A program made the position numbers and the translations under genes. Positions 16,099 to 26,118 of a stretch of DNA of 28,147 bases are shown here, in pieces. The notes below the pieces were generated by a model. It saw only the letters and a program-made list of their open reading frames with translations, made no database searches and was not told where the DNA came from. Origin of the DNA: a virus (Duplodnaviria; Caudoviricetes); the IMG/VR virus record IMGVR_UViG_3300043415_000014, positions 1 through 28,147 of that record; one strand, 5' to 3'. How positions within the stretch are numbered: the stretch's first letter is position 1; every line of letters starts with the position of its first letter.

Positions 16099-18021
16099 AT
16101 GTTACAAGAGAATTTACAAATTAATATAGGAGCCAATACGCAAGACTTACAAGCGGGATTAAATCAGGCTACAAATTCGGTTAATAACTTTTCTACTGCT
16201 GTACAAAAAGCTGCAAAACCAACCTCAGACGCAACAAATACTTTAAGTAACTTGTCAAGAGTTGCGCAGGACGCGCCTTATGGGTTTATTGGTATTGCAA
16301 ATAACCTTAACCCTTTATTAGAATCATTTCAAAGACTACAAAAAGAAAGCGGCGGAACTGGTAACGCTTTAAAATCTATGGCAGCAGGTTTAATGGGTCC
16401 TGCTGGTATAGGATTGGCTTTGGGCGCAGTATCTTCATTATTTATTGCATTTGGCGATGATATAATGAATTTTGTAAATCAAACGGGGGAATTTGAGAAG
16501 GCTCAAAAATCTATGCGAGACGGTTTTGCCGAAAATGCAAAATCAGCAGAAGAAACTATTGTAAAAGATAAAGCTTTACTTTCGGTTATTAATGATACGG
16601 CACAAAGTACCGAAGCAAGAGTAGCAGCTTTAAAGAAACTTAAAGAAGAATATAAAGGTAATATAGAATTACAAAAAACTGATATTACAGACGGAGCTAT
16701 TTTAGAAGAAATATTAAGAAAAATTTCTAATGCCTTACTTAGAAAAGCAGAAATAGAATCTATTGTAAAAGTAATTGGAGAAGAATATTCAAAACAATTA
16801 AGAGCACAAATTAGTACTTCCGAAGAACAAGTAAAAAATTTATCAATTGTTACTAAAACTTGGGATGCACTTAAATCAGTTGTTACTTCAGGAGGAATAG
16901 GAAGTGCGGTCATTAATACTTATGATAAATTAACTAAGACTGACGGGTTAAACAAAAGTAAAGAAGACATAAAAGGTTATGGAGAAGCAATAGCTAAATT
17001 ACAAAGCATATTAGATAAAAAAACAGGAGAAGCTTTTAAAGCTGGAGATTATAGCGCAACAAGTAAAGGGGAAAAAGCTGGTGCCGATGACCAATTTACT
17101 AAAGGTTTAAAAGCTTTTAATTCAGCATTAGCGGCCGAAGATACTTTACTAAAAAATAATCTTGAAAGTACTCAACAAAACTTAGATAATAAAATTAAGA
17201 TTTATGAAGATTTTATTAAAAAGTTAGGCGGTATTAATAACGAACAGGCAAAATCAAAAATTGCAGAGTTAATGACTCCATTAACTGAAATGCAAATGAC
17301 TAAGTTTGAGGATAGAATTAAAGCCGCTGGTAAATTTATAGATAATCAAAAACCTGAAGTAATTGCTGATCCTGTTGAAAAAGGAGGCTCAAATAAAGTA
17401 TTATTAAATGCCTTAACGGGGGAAACGGGAGAAAAGCAAAGTGATAAAAGTTTTGCTTTAGGTAAAAAGGATATGGATAATTTCTTTAAGGATAATAAAA
17501 AGAAATTTGATGATGCTGAAAAAGCAGCAAAAAGTTACGCTGATACAATAAGTAAAAGTGTTACAGGTGGATTAATGAATATGTGGGATGCAATGGAGAA
17601 AGGAGAAAGTCCTTTACAAGCGCTTAGCAATATGTTTAAAGACTTGCTTAAACAATTAATAGCTGCGGTTGCTCAGGCATTAATATTCCAAGCTATTATG
17701 TCTATGCTTAATCCTGCGGGAGCCGCTGCGGGTGGAGCAAGTGGTGGAATGGGCGGTGGCCTTTTGGGTGGCATTGGTAAGATATTTGGATTTGCCGAAG
17801 GTGGAATTGTTTCTCAGCCAACTATGGCAATGGTAGGAGAAGGAGGACAAAGCGAGGCTATCATGCCATTAAACAAATTAGGTAACATGATGAATAGCAC
17901 GTTTAACGCAGGAGCAATGAGTGGTTCAGGTGGCGGCGGTGGCGGTCAATTTACCTTAAAAGGTAATGATTTGGTTTTAGCAATGCAAAGAAGTAATTTC
18001 TCTTTAAATGTTAGAAGATAA
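16099..18021 (+). CDS. Tape measure protein
   Basis: 640-aa Ala/Gly/Lys-rich helical protein; C-terminal FAEGGIV...VGEGGQSEAIMPL; synteny. Confidence 0.9.
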   Translation: MLQENLQINIGANTQDLQAGLNQATNSVNNFSTAVQKAAKPTSDATNTLSNLSRVAQDAPYGFIGIANNLNPLLESFQRLQKESGGTGNALKSMAAGLMGPAGIGLALGAVSSLFIAFGDDIMNFVNQTGEFEKAQKSMRDGFAENAKSAEETIVKDKALLSVINDTAQSTEARVAALKKLKEEYKGNIELQKTDITDGAILEEILRKISNALLRKAEIESIVKVIGEEYSKQLRAQISTSEEQVKNLSIVTKTWDALKSVVTSGGIGSAVINTYDKLTKTDGLNKSKEDIKGYGEAIAKLQSILDKKTGEAFKAGDYSATSKGEKAGADDQFTKGLKAFNSALAAEDTLLKNNLESTQQNLDNKIKIYEDFIKKLGGINNEQAKSKIAELMTPLTEMQMTKFEDRIKAAGKFIDNQKPEVIADPVEKGGSNKVLLNALTGETGEKQSDKSFALGKKDMDNFFKDNKKKFDDAEKAAKSYADTISKSVTGGLMNMWDAMEKGESPLQALSNMFKDLLKQLIAAVAQALIFQAIMSMLNPAGAAAGGASGGMGGGLLGGIGKIFGFAEGGIVSQPTMAMVGEGGQSEAIMPLNKLGNMMNSTFNAGAMSGSGGGGGGQFTLKGNDLVLAMQRSNFSLNVRR

Positions 18022-20003
18022 TGGCATATAACATACATTATAGAAGTACGGCCGTTTCAATGAATGGCAATACTTACCAATTAGATATTTACGAAAAGGA
18101 TTACTCAGGTAGTATAATTACAATCCCTGTATCAACGAGTCCTTTCGTAATTAAGGCTAACGCTTCAAGCGATAATCAGTTTGAACCAATATTAGCAAGT
18201 GAGTTAAACGTAAACTTAGACATTACGGATAACCAAGACGACTTTATTGATTTTGCAAACGAGGATCAATTTAGGTATTATGCCAGGTTAACATATAGCG
18301 GTAACTTAGTATTTCAAGGTTGGATATTAGCCGACGCAATGACAAGCCCTTTCACTACGGGTAGAGTTGAATGCAGCTTTTCAATTATTGACGGGTTAGC
18401 GATGTTAAAAACAATATTTTACACTCCAACTCAACAATACACAACCGTATTAGAAACAGTTAGGGAAATTATAACTAACTGCTTAAACGCATTAAATTAT
18501 CCTCAAGGATTTAATTTAAACATTGCTACTTCGACTTTCGCGGGTGGAATGGATAACAGGGATGATGATATTTCTAACGACCCAATGAGCCAATCTTATA
18601 TGTGGCCGTCTAATTGGTTTAACGACCAACAAATTACGACTCCTGATATTAGCGATTATTATTATAGTGATTTTATTTCTTGCTATGATATTTTAGAGCA
18701 ATTATTAACGGGTTGGGGGTGTCAACTATTCCAAGCAAACGGGGAGTGGTATATTACAAACGTAAATGAAATGGCCTCCGATAATATTTATTTAAGTAAA
18801 TATGATAACGAAGGAGACCTTGTATCGGCTGCTTATGAGCCTATTAACTATACAATTAAGCCGTTCAACTTTGACGATAATTTATATTTTATAGATAATA
18901 CTCAAGCTAAAATATTAAGACAAGGTTTCTCTCAAATATATTTTAAGGCGAGTTCGGAGTTCCCTGTAAATGTTATTGATAACGGTTTCTTAAGAAGATT
19001 AACAGCTGGGAGCGCAACGAGTTGGTTAACGACTACAGGTGGAACGGGTGCGGCTACTTTTACCGTTGGGGATATTGCTAACTATTATCAATTATCAGTA
19101 ACGGCAAGTGGTTCGTCTTTTGCTTCTTTGAAATCAACATCAACGCAAGGAGTTTTTATAGGAGATAAATTAAACTTATCTTTTAATTATAAGGTTGTTG
19201 GTACTGAAGTACCTGATAAACCCGCTTGTATAGTAAGATTAGAAATTGTTGATGGTAGCACTACTTATTATTTTGCCGACGATGAAACATGGCAAATAAT
19301 GGACGGATCAAACCCTAATTATTACAAGGTAAAGGGAAGTACTACCGAATTAGAAGAAAATTCTTTCTCGGTTGAAACGGCTCCAATACCCGTAACGGCG
19401 CAATACTATTTTAGTATTTATGTTCAAAATTCAGCTTACTTAGCAGAGCCAACACAAACAAACGTTCAATTCAGCCAATTTGCGATAACATTCTCAAACC
19501 AATATTCTTATAATTTAATATCATTCCAAAAGAATGAGAACTTTCAAAATAGAAAAACGGTTGACGGGACGGTTGGTATAAACATATACGGCGATAGTAA
19601 TATTAAAGGCGCTATCGTTGATAGCTTTGGACATTATATTTACGATACATGGTATAGACAAGGCGATACAACATTTTTAGACGCTCAATCGAGTTTATTA
19701 GCTTTAACCGCTCAAGGTTATTATTATATACAATCTAAAGCCCAACTTAACGTAGAGGGGTCTTTAATGTCTTTAATGAGCAAGAAAACGGGAGCAAGTA
19801 CAAAGACTCATTTAAGTTTATTCTCTTCGTTTAAAATAGACGATATAACAACGGGTCCTAATACTTTAACGGGTAGATATTATAGCTTGGGAAACTGTGA
19901 ATTTGATTTAATAAATGATACTTTAAGTAATATTACTTTATTAGAAGTTTCTAATACTAAAATTGACTACACAAGTAAAGATGCAATTTTTACCGTTAAT
20001 TAA
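18021..20003 (+). CDS. Tail tip / hub structural protein
   Basis: 660-aa beta-rich protein after TMP; FQGWI, IIDGLAMLK, QLFQANGEWYI segments. Confidence 0.65.
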   Translation: MAYNIHYRSTAVSMNGNTYQLDIYEKDYSGSIITIPVSTSPFVIKANASSDNQFEPILASELNVNLDITDNQDDFIDFANEDQFRYYARLTYSGNLVFQGWILADAMTSPFTTGRVECSFSIIDGLAMLKTIFYTPTQQYTTVLETVREIITNCLNALNYPQGFNLNIATSTFAGGMDNRDDDISNDPMSQSYMWPSNWFNDQQITTPDISDYYYSDFISCYDILEQLLTGWGCQLFQANGEWYITNVNEMASDNIYLSKYDNEGDLVSAAYEPINYTIKPFNFDDNLYFIDNTQAKILRQGFSQIYFKASSEFPVNVIDNGFLRRLTAGSATSWLTTTGGTGAATFTVGDIANYYQLSVTASGSSFASLKSTSTQGVFIGDKLNLSFNYKVVGTEVPDKPACIVRLEIVDGSTTYYFADDETWQIMDGSNPNYYKVKGSTTELEENSFSVETAPIPVTAQYYFSIYVQNSAYLAEPTQTNVQFSQFAITFSNQYSYNLISFQKNENFQNRKTVDGTVGINIYGDSNIKGAIVDSFGHYIYDTWYRQGDTTFLDAQSSLLALTAQGYYYIQSKAQLNVEGSLMSLMSKKTGASTKTHLSLFSSFKIDDITTGPNTLTGRYYSLGNCEFDLINDTLSNITLLEVSNTKIDYTSKDAIFTVN

Positions 20004-20010
20004 TAAAATA

Positions 20011-20018
20011 TAAATTTG
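20011..20018 (+). promoter_or_regulatory. -7 promoter element before second tail-tube gene
   Basis: Intergenic TAAATTTG, 4 nt before ATG. Confidence 0.55.
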
Positions 20019-20022
20019 CAAT

Positions 20023-20721
20023 ATGGCAGACAAGGTAAATGGTAAAAATATTATGCTTTATTATCACGAAGCACCATCGGAAACTTACCCCGAAGGACGT
20101 GATATACCCTTTGCGTGTTCTACAAATTGTACTTTTAACGTACAAATAGGGCAAAAAGAAGTAACAAGCCAAACTTCGGCATGGTATAAAGAATATAAAA
20201 TCGACGTGGCTTCCTGGACAATTAACTGCGACGGGTTAGTAACTTTAAACGGGTTCAATTATTTGAATTTCTTAGATATACAAAAGAATAGGACTCCAAT
20301 AAGTGTAAAGTTTGTTATTGATAACGGAACCGATGGTTTAGTAATAATAGGCGGTACAACTAACTTAAGCAACTTTCAAATAAATGCGCCTTGGAAGGAT
20401 ATTGCAACCTATTCGGTTAGCTTACAAGGTAGCGGAGAATACACAACCGACGGAACAAATATTAACCCAAGCGGAACAATCATAGCAGGTGGAAGCGTTT
20501 ATAACAAACAATACACGGCATCGGGTGGCGAAACTACAATTACTTGGTCCGATATGATAGGCAAAACTTGTCTTTATGTATCAAGAGGCGGTGTCGATGT
20601 AAGGCAAATTGTAACGAGTAGCCCAACAGGAGAGCAAGTAGGGTGGAACTCAACAACGGGTGTATTAACATTCCCAAGAGCGTTAGAAAGCGATGAATTT
20701 GTGAGGGGGTTATTCCAATAA
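20023..20721 (+). CDS. Second tail-tube-like protein with C-terminal accessory domain
   Basis: FACSTNCTFNV..KEVTS...WTINCDGL...ATYSVSLQGSG tail-tube pattern plus about 90-aa extension. Confidence 0.72.
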   Translation: MADKVNGKNIMLYYHEAPSETYPEGRDIPFACSTNCTFNVQIGQKEVTSQTSAWYKEYKIDVASWTINCDGLVTLNGFNYLNFLDIQKNRTPISVKFVIDNGTDGLVIIGGTTNLSNFQINAPWKDIATYSVSLQGSGEYTTDGTNINPSGTIIAGGSVYNKQYTASGGETTITWSDMIGKTCLYVSRGGVDVRQIVTSSPTGEQVGWNSTTGVLTFPRALESDEFVRGLFQ

Positions 20722-20732
20722 AAATAATTATT

Positions 20733-23700
20733 ATGAGTCAACAGTTACAAATAACAGGAGGAGCAAAAGTTAGAAATCTACAAGACGTTATCGTTGGCGA
20801 TAGCGGAGTATTAAGTTCGTTGGGATTTAACGTTGCCAATGGTGTGCCAAAATTAGATACTAACGGTAAAATATTAGTTTCTCAATTGCCTAACTCCGTA
20901 ATGGAGTATTTAGGTACTTGGAACGTAGCAACAAACACTCCTTATTTAGTAAACGGAACGGGTAACGCGGGAGATGTATACTTAGTAGAGGGAGCGGCAA
21001 CGGGTGGAACATCGCACAACTTCGGAGCGGGTGCAATTACTTTCTTTAATGGCGACCAGGTTATTTACTCAGGGAGTATTTGGCAAAGAGCGACAGGATC
21101 AACGGGAAGTGTAACAAGCGTGGCAATAACTGAGAGCGGAGACGCTTTAAGCATAACAGGAAGCCCAATTACTACAAGCGGAACTATTAACATAGGATTT
21201 GCGGGTACATCGGCTCAATATGTAGCGGGAGACGGAACTTTGGTAACATTTCCTACAATAATAACCGAAGCGCAAAACTTAATCACGGAAGTATATAATG
21301 AAACGGGCGCAACTTTAACTAAAGGAACGGTTGTTTATATTAACGGCGGACATGGTAACTTACCAACGGTAACAAAGGCAATAGCTACGAGCGACATGAC
21401 TTCGGCTCAAACTTACGGGGTTATAAGAGAAGATATAACTAATAACAATAACGGATATGTAACGGTTGTTGGTAGATTAAGCAACTTAGATACTCAAGCT
21501 TATTCGGCGGGTACTCAACTTTATTTAAGTTCAACAACTGCGGGTGCTTGGACATCAACAAAACAATATGCTCCTAATCATTTAGTATATGTAGGAATAG
21601 TTGTAAGGTCGCACCCAACTCAAGGAGTAGTAGAGGTTAAAATACAAAACGGTTACGAATTAGACGAATTACATAATGTATCGGCTCAAACTCCGTCAAA
21701 TAACGATGGTTTATTTTACAATAGTTCAACTTCATTATGGGAGAATAAATCTATCGCAACTGTATTAGGTTATACTCCCGCAAATGATTCTTTAGTGGTG
21801 CATTTAGCGGGTACGGAAACAATAACAGGCGCTAAAACTTTTAGTTCAATAATAAACGCAGATACGGGTATTTTATTAAAGAATAGTTCATCGGGTCCTT
21901 CTGCATTAGGTTATATAGGATTAGGCGGGTTAAGTGGTGGCAATGGCTTAAGAGTAAATTTAAGCTTAGGTAGATACCAAGAATTAATTTTTGCGGGTAC
22001 TACAAGCGATTATTCTTTTACATTCCCAGCAACAAGTGGAACTATTGCTTTAACGAGCGACATTCCTTCTTTAAGCGGTTATGTAACAATAGCTACAACG
22101 CAAACAATTACAGGGGATAAAACTTTTGATGGTGTAAATATATTTAATGGAATTACTACATTTAATGGTATATATCAAACAAGATTCAGAAATGGTGTCT
22201 CTTTAGATAATACTTATAGCGGTGGCGGTGCTGCGGGGTATACTACGTTAGGTTCAACCAATAGTGGAATACAAATTAATTTAAGCGATGGAGCATATAA
22301 TAATTTAAACTTCCTTAATACTTATGTAGGACATACTTATTCATTCCCTAATAACTCAGGTACTATTGCGTTAACAAGTGATACCGCTAATTTTGCAGTA
22401 GGTGCGCCTTTATCTTATACTTCAGGAACTTTAACAATAAGTCAAGCTACAACAAGTACAAACGGTTATTTAAGTTCAACTGATTGGAATACTTTTAATA
22501 ATAAAGTACCAACTGCAAGAACATTAACAATTAACGGAACGACATACGATTTAAGCGCAGACCGTTCGTGGACGGTAAGCGGTTCACAATGGACTACTTC
22601 AGGAAGTAATATTTATTATACTACGGGTGCGGTATTAATTGGTAAAACTACTCAAGACGCGGGAGCATATTTAGAAGTTCAAACTCCAACAGGTGGTCCT
22701 GCAACTATTACTTGTAATTCAACAACAAGCGATAGTCCTTATATATATTTACGACAAGCGGGTTCAAGTACATTTGGAGCAATACAATCAAATACGGCTT
22801 TAGTATTTAAAACAAATAATACTGAGGCGGTTCGTATTAATACTTCTGGTAATATGGGAATTGGTACTACAAATCCAACTGTTGCTTTAGAAGTAAACGG
22901 AAGATATAGAACAACAAGTTCTTACTCTTCAGCAGGTACAACCGTTTTCGAAATATATAATGCAAGTTCTACAGGCTACGGTTTATATATGGGAGCAGGT
23001 TCGGGAACAAACTATTCTTTTAAAGTAGCTGATTATGCAAATAATGTAAGATTTACAATTTTAGGAAATGGAAATGTAGGTATCGGAACAAATCCTCAAT
23101 GGGCATTAAGTGGTTATACAGGAATAGATATAGGAAATTATGGATTAATATATTCATCAATATCATCAGGTACAAATATTGCAATTGTTAACAATCTATA
23201 TCATAATGGTTCTAATTGGATTTATAAAAATACAGGTTCAGGAAGTGGAATAGGACAAGATAGTGGAAGTATAACATTCTCAACAGTAGGTTCAGGAACA
23301 GGAGGTAATGTTGCAACAATTAATGAAAGAGTTCGTATTACTAATGCGGGTTATTTAGGGGTAAATTGCACTCCTAATGCACAATTTGAGGTATTAGGTG
23401 CATCAGGAAATCTATTAACTGATGGTATAAGAGTTTCACGAAATACTTTACAAACATCTCAGTACGGTGTTATAAATTATTCAAGTGGTATTTTGAATCT
23501 AACAGCAGTAGAAACAAGTACAGCTGGAGAAATTAGATTTAACACCAGTAATGGCACTACTTCAAATGAAAGAATTAGAATTAATGGTGCAGGACAATTA
23601 TTAATAGGAACAACAGATGGTTCTTCTTTAGCAAATTTTGTACTTGGCGGAAACACTAATCAATGTAGGGTTTTACCTGTTGCTGATGGTGGCGGATATA

Positions 23701-24038
23701 TTGGAGATAGTGGGCATAGGTGGATAGCTATATATGCTCAAAATGGTTCTATTAATACATCGGATAGAAACGAAAAGAAAAATATCGTTCCAACTGATTT
23801 AGGTTTAGATTTTGTAATAAAATTAAAACCTGTTTCTTATAATTGGAAAAAAGGAGAAAATACCGAAAAAAAGCATTATGGTATTATTGCTCAAGATGTA
23901 GAAGAATTAGCGCCTGATTTTGGGGGTGTTTGGGTTGAAGATGGTAAATATGGCTTTTCATATACTGAATTAATAGCACCATTAATTAAAGCAATTCAAG
24001 AATTAAAAGCGGAAATAGACGAACTTAAAAATAAATAA
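20733..24038 (+). CDS. Long tail fibre / receptor-binding protein with C-terminal intramolecular chaperone (peptidase S74)
   Basis: Gly/Thr/Ser-rich; GTIALTSD and GNVGIGT-type repeats; SDRNEKKNI...LKPVSY...GIIAQDV...LIKAIQEL. Confidence 0.92.
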   Translation: MSQQLQITGGAKVRNLQDVIVGDSGVLSSLGFNVANGVPKLDTNGKILVSQLPNSVMEYLGTWNVATNTPYLVNGTGNAGDVYLVEGAATGGTSHNFGAGAITFFNGDQVIYSGSIWQRATGSTGSVTSVAITESGDALSITGSPITTSGTINIGFAGTSAQYVAGDGTLVTFPTIITEAQNLITEVYNETGATLTKGTVVYINGGHGNLPTVTKAIATSDMTSAQTYGVIREDITNNNNGYVTVVGRLSNLDTQAYSAGTQLYLSSTTAGAWTSTKQYAPNHLVYVGIVVRSHPTQGVVEVKIQNGYELDELHNVSAQTPSNNDGLFYNSSTSLWENKSIATVLGYTPANDSLVVHLAGTETITGAKTFSSIINADTGILLKNSSSGPSALGYIGLGGLSGGNGLRVNLSLGRYQELIFAGTTSDYSFTFPATSGTIALTSDIPSLSGYVTIATTQTITGDKTFDGVNIFNGITTFNGIYQTRFRNGVSLDNTYSGGGAAGYTTLGSTNSGIQINLSDGAYNNLNFLNTYVGHTYSFPNNSGTIALTSDTANFAVGAPLSYTSGTLTISQATTSTNGYLSSTDWNTFNNKVPTARTLTINGTTYDLSADRSWTVSGSQWTTSGSNIYYTTGAVLIGKTTQDAGAYLEVQTPTGGPATITCNSTTSDSPYIYLRQAGSSTFGAIQSNTALVFKTNNTEAVRINTSGNMGIGTTNPTVALEVNGRYRTTSSYSSAGTTVFEIYNASSTGYGLYMGAGSGTNYSFKVADYANNVRFTILGNGNVGIGTNPQWALSGYTGIDIGNYGLIYSSISSGTNIAIVNNLYHNGSNWIYKNTGSGSGIGQDSGSITFSTVGSGTGGNVATINERVRITNAGYLGVNCTPNAQFEVLGASGNLLTDGIRVSRNTLQTSQYGVINYSSGILNLTAVETSTAGEIRFNTSNGTTSNERIRINGAGQLLIGTTDGSSLANFVLGGNTNQCRVLPVADGGGYIGDSGHRWIAIYAQNGSINTSDRNEKKNIVPTDLGLDFVIKLKPVSYNWKKGENTEKKHYGIIAQDVEELAPDFGGVWVEDGKYGFSYTELIAPLIKAIQELKAEIDELKNK

Positions 24039-24040
24039 AT

Positions 24041-24379
24041 ATGACAACTTATAATTGGGTAATTAATCAATTAGATACAAAGCCTCAAGAGGACGGCTTA
24101 ACCGACGTAGTAATAACAGTACATTGGACTCGCACCGCAGAGCAATTTGTAGGCGGGGAACCTATCAACGTATCAGTATACGGAACAATGCCATGTACTA
24201 CTCCAAGCGCAACGGACTTTACCGCTTATCCTGATTTGACATACGAGCAAGTTTGCTCATGGTTAGACGCTGGGTTAGACGTAGCGGCAATTGACTTAGG
24301 TTTGGACCAACAAATCGAGAACATAATTAACCCGCCCGTAATTGTTTTGCCTTTGCCTTGGCAAATTCCAACTAATTAA
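24041..24379 (+). CDS. Tail-fibre-associated protein
   Basis: YNWVINQLD...VITVHW...FTAYPDLTYEQVCSWL; position after fibre. Confidence 0.65.
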   Translation: MTTYNWVINQLDTKPQEDGLTDVVITVHWTRTAEQFVGGEPINVSVYGTMPCTTPSATDFTAYPDLTYEQVCSWLDAGLDVAAIDLGLDQQIENIINPPVIVLPLPWQIPTN

Positions 24380-24382
24380 TTA

Positions 24383-24390
24383 TATATTTG
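24383..24390 (+). promoter_or_regulatory. -7 promoter element before lysis region
   Basis: Intergenic TATATTTG. Confidence 0.55.
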
Positions 24391-24405
24391 TAAAAAATAA
24401 ATACT

Positions 24406-24549
24406 ATGTTACAATTAAACGAGGCACAAATTAAGGAGTTAGAAGCGTTTTTATTAGAGATTCCTGCTAAGTACGCTAACCCTATTTTTCAATTTTTAGG
24501 TAAAGTTGCTCAAGAAAGCGCACCTAAGGAAGATTCAAACGAAGCGTAA
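24406..24549 (+). CDS. Small helical protein, 47 aa (not in ORF track)
   Basis: MLQLNEAQIKELEAFLLEIPAKYANPIFQFLGKVAQESAPKEDSNEA; TAATG coupling. Confidence 0.72.
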   Translation: MLQLNEAQIKELEAFLLEIPAKYANPIFQFLGKVAQESAPKEDSNEA

Positions 24550-24767
24550 TGAGTAATATTGTCGTTTTCTTGGTGGGCCAGGCCTTAACTATTATCATAG
24601 GTTTAATTAGTATCTATGTGAAAGTATCTTTAAAACTTAAGGAACTTGAGGTGCGCGTAAACATGGTAGAAAAGCAAGAGGATAACATCGCCAAGAAACT
24701 CGACAATATTCAGCAAACTTTAAACGCTTTAGCAATAGCATTGCAGAATAAACAAGACAGAGAATAA
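24549..24767 (+). CDS. Membrane-anchored coiled-coil protein (holin/antiholin-like)
   Basis: N-terminal TM followed by heptad repeats, in the lysis cluster. Confidence 0.6.
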   Translation: MSNIVVFLVGQALTIIIGLISIYVKVSLKLKELEVRVNMVEKQEDNIAKKLDNIQQTLNALAIALQNKQDRE

Positions 24768-25303
24768 TGAAAGACGTCGTTATTACAATATTAATAGCGA
24801 TAGTTATTATTCTATTCTTTAGAACATCGACTTACCGCAAAAATGATCCTATTGTTATTACGCAATTAGATACGGTTTACCAACAGAAAACTTTTACTAA
24901 ATATACTAAGGGGGACTCAATCCCTTTTATAGTTTTAGCGGTTGATACTACGACAATACACGATACAATTAAAATAGTTAGCGATTATTTAACGACTAAG
25001 CTATTTACGGACACTTTTACAATAGATAGTTCGCATTTTACCATAATTGACACAATAAGCGAAAATTCAATCAAGGGGAGGCAGTTTAAAGCCGATTTAC
25101 ACGAAAAAACGATATTTGTAACTAACAACATATACCAAAAGGCTAAGAATGAACTTTATTTCGGTTTTTTAGGCGATTTAAGAGCATTTGATAATAAATT
25201 AGGCATAGGAGTTGGCTTTGGATTTAAAACGGTTAAAAACGGCTTATTTTCGATTTCGGCTTCGACAAATGGTTATTCGGTTGGTTACTATAAAAAGTTT
25301 TAA
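24767..25303 (+). CDS. Putative spanin-like envelope protein
   Basis: N-terminal TM, Thr/Asp-rich beta stalk (DTVY, DTTTIHDTI), amphipathic C-terminal strands ending YYKKF. Confidence 0.55.
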   Translation: MKDVVITILIAIVIILFFRTSTYRKNDPIVITQLDTVYQQKTFTKYTKGDSIPFIVLAVDTTTIHDTIKIVSDYLTTKLFTDTFTIDSSHFTIIDTISENSIKGRQFKADLHEKTIFVTNNIYQKAKNELYFGFLGDLRAFDNKLGIGVGFGFKTVKNGLFSISASTNGYSVGYYKKF

Positions 25304-25304
25304 T

Positions 25305-25487
25305 ATGAAGAATGTAAAAGCGTGGAAAACGACTTTAGTAGGCTTAATCTTAATCGGTGGCGGTTTGGCTTCCGTTTACATGGGAAAGGCTGATTGGTCG
25401 GGTGCAATAATTATAATCGGTTTGGGAATTGGGTTAATATTTAGCCCTGATACTGTAATAAATAAGTTAACCAATAAGAATGATTAA
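25305..25487 (+). CDS. Putative holin (2 TM)
   Basis: KAWKTTLVGLILIGGG...GAIIIIGLGIGLIFSPD directly before endolysin; start moved to ATG 25305. Confidence 0.7.
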   Translation: MKNVKAWKTTLVGLILIGGGLASVYMGKADWSGAIIIIGLGIGLIFSPDTVINKLTNKND

Positions 25488-26085
25488 CAAAAAGTCAATA
25501 GATTTTATTATTCAACACGAGGCGGGAGGTCGAGCGTACTATGATAAAGTATTGCAGAAACCGACATGGCCAGGTGGCGAAAGTGGAATTACTATTGGTT
25601 TGGGTTATGATTTGGGTTATAACACGGAAAAACAATTCATAAAGGATTGGGGAACTACATTAAGCGAGGCAAACGTTAAAACATTAAAAACGGTTATCGG
25701 ATTTAAAGGACAAAAAGCTAAGTTGAGTTTAAAGGGCGATTTGTTAAATATTCGTATCCCGTACAATATTGCTTACGATGTGTTCGTTAAAAGTTCGGTG
25801 CCAAGATTTTACAAATTAGCGTTGAGCATTTATCCTAAAATGGTTAATCTTAACGAGGACACTCAAGGCGCTTTAGTTTCTATGGTATTTAATAGAGGCG
25901 CAAGTTTAATAGGCGATTCAAGAAAGGAAATGAGAGCGATTGTTGATTTGATTGAAAAGAAAGATTATGAAGGGATAGCAGAAGAGATTGAAAAGTCTAA
26001 ACGGCTTTGGGAGCATAAAGGACTCGACGGCCTGGTTATAAGGCGAGAAGCGGAAGCGGACATGATACGAGACTCAATTTGTTAA
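25480..26085 (+). CDS. Endolysin, lysozyme-like (GH24/pesticin-C type)
   Basis: IIQHE, SGITIGLGYDLG, ALVSMVFNRG, GLVIRREAEA. Confidence 0.88.
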   Translation: MINKKSIDFIIQHEAGGRAYYDKVLQKPTWPGGESGITIGLGYDLGYNTEKQFIKDWGTTLSEANVKTLKTVIGFKGQKAKLSLKGDLLNIRIPYNIAYDVFVKSSVPRFYKLALSIYPKMVNLNEDTQGALVSMVFNRGASLIGDSRKEMRAIVDLIEKKDYEGIAEEIEKSKRLWEHKGLDGLVIRREAEADMIRDSIC

Positions 26086-26093
26086 AAGTTTGG

Positions 26094-26101
26094 TATCTTT
26101 G
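26094..26101 (+). promoter_or_regulatory. -7 promoter element before HNH gene
   Basis: Intergenic TATCTTTG. Confidence 0.5.
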
Positions 26102-26118
26102 GTAAAATCAAAAAATAT

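Noticed and set aside
20733-24038. Possible diversity-generating retroelement acting on the tail fibre
   Set aside because: No reverse transcriptase and no template/variable repeat pair seen; fibre repeats are protein-level.
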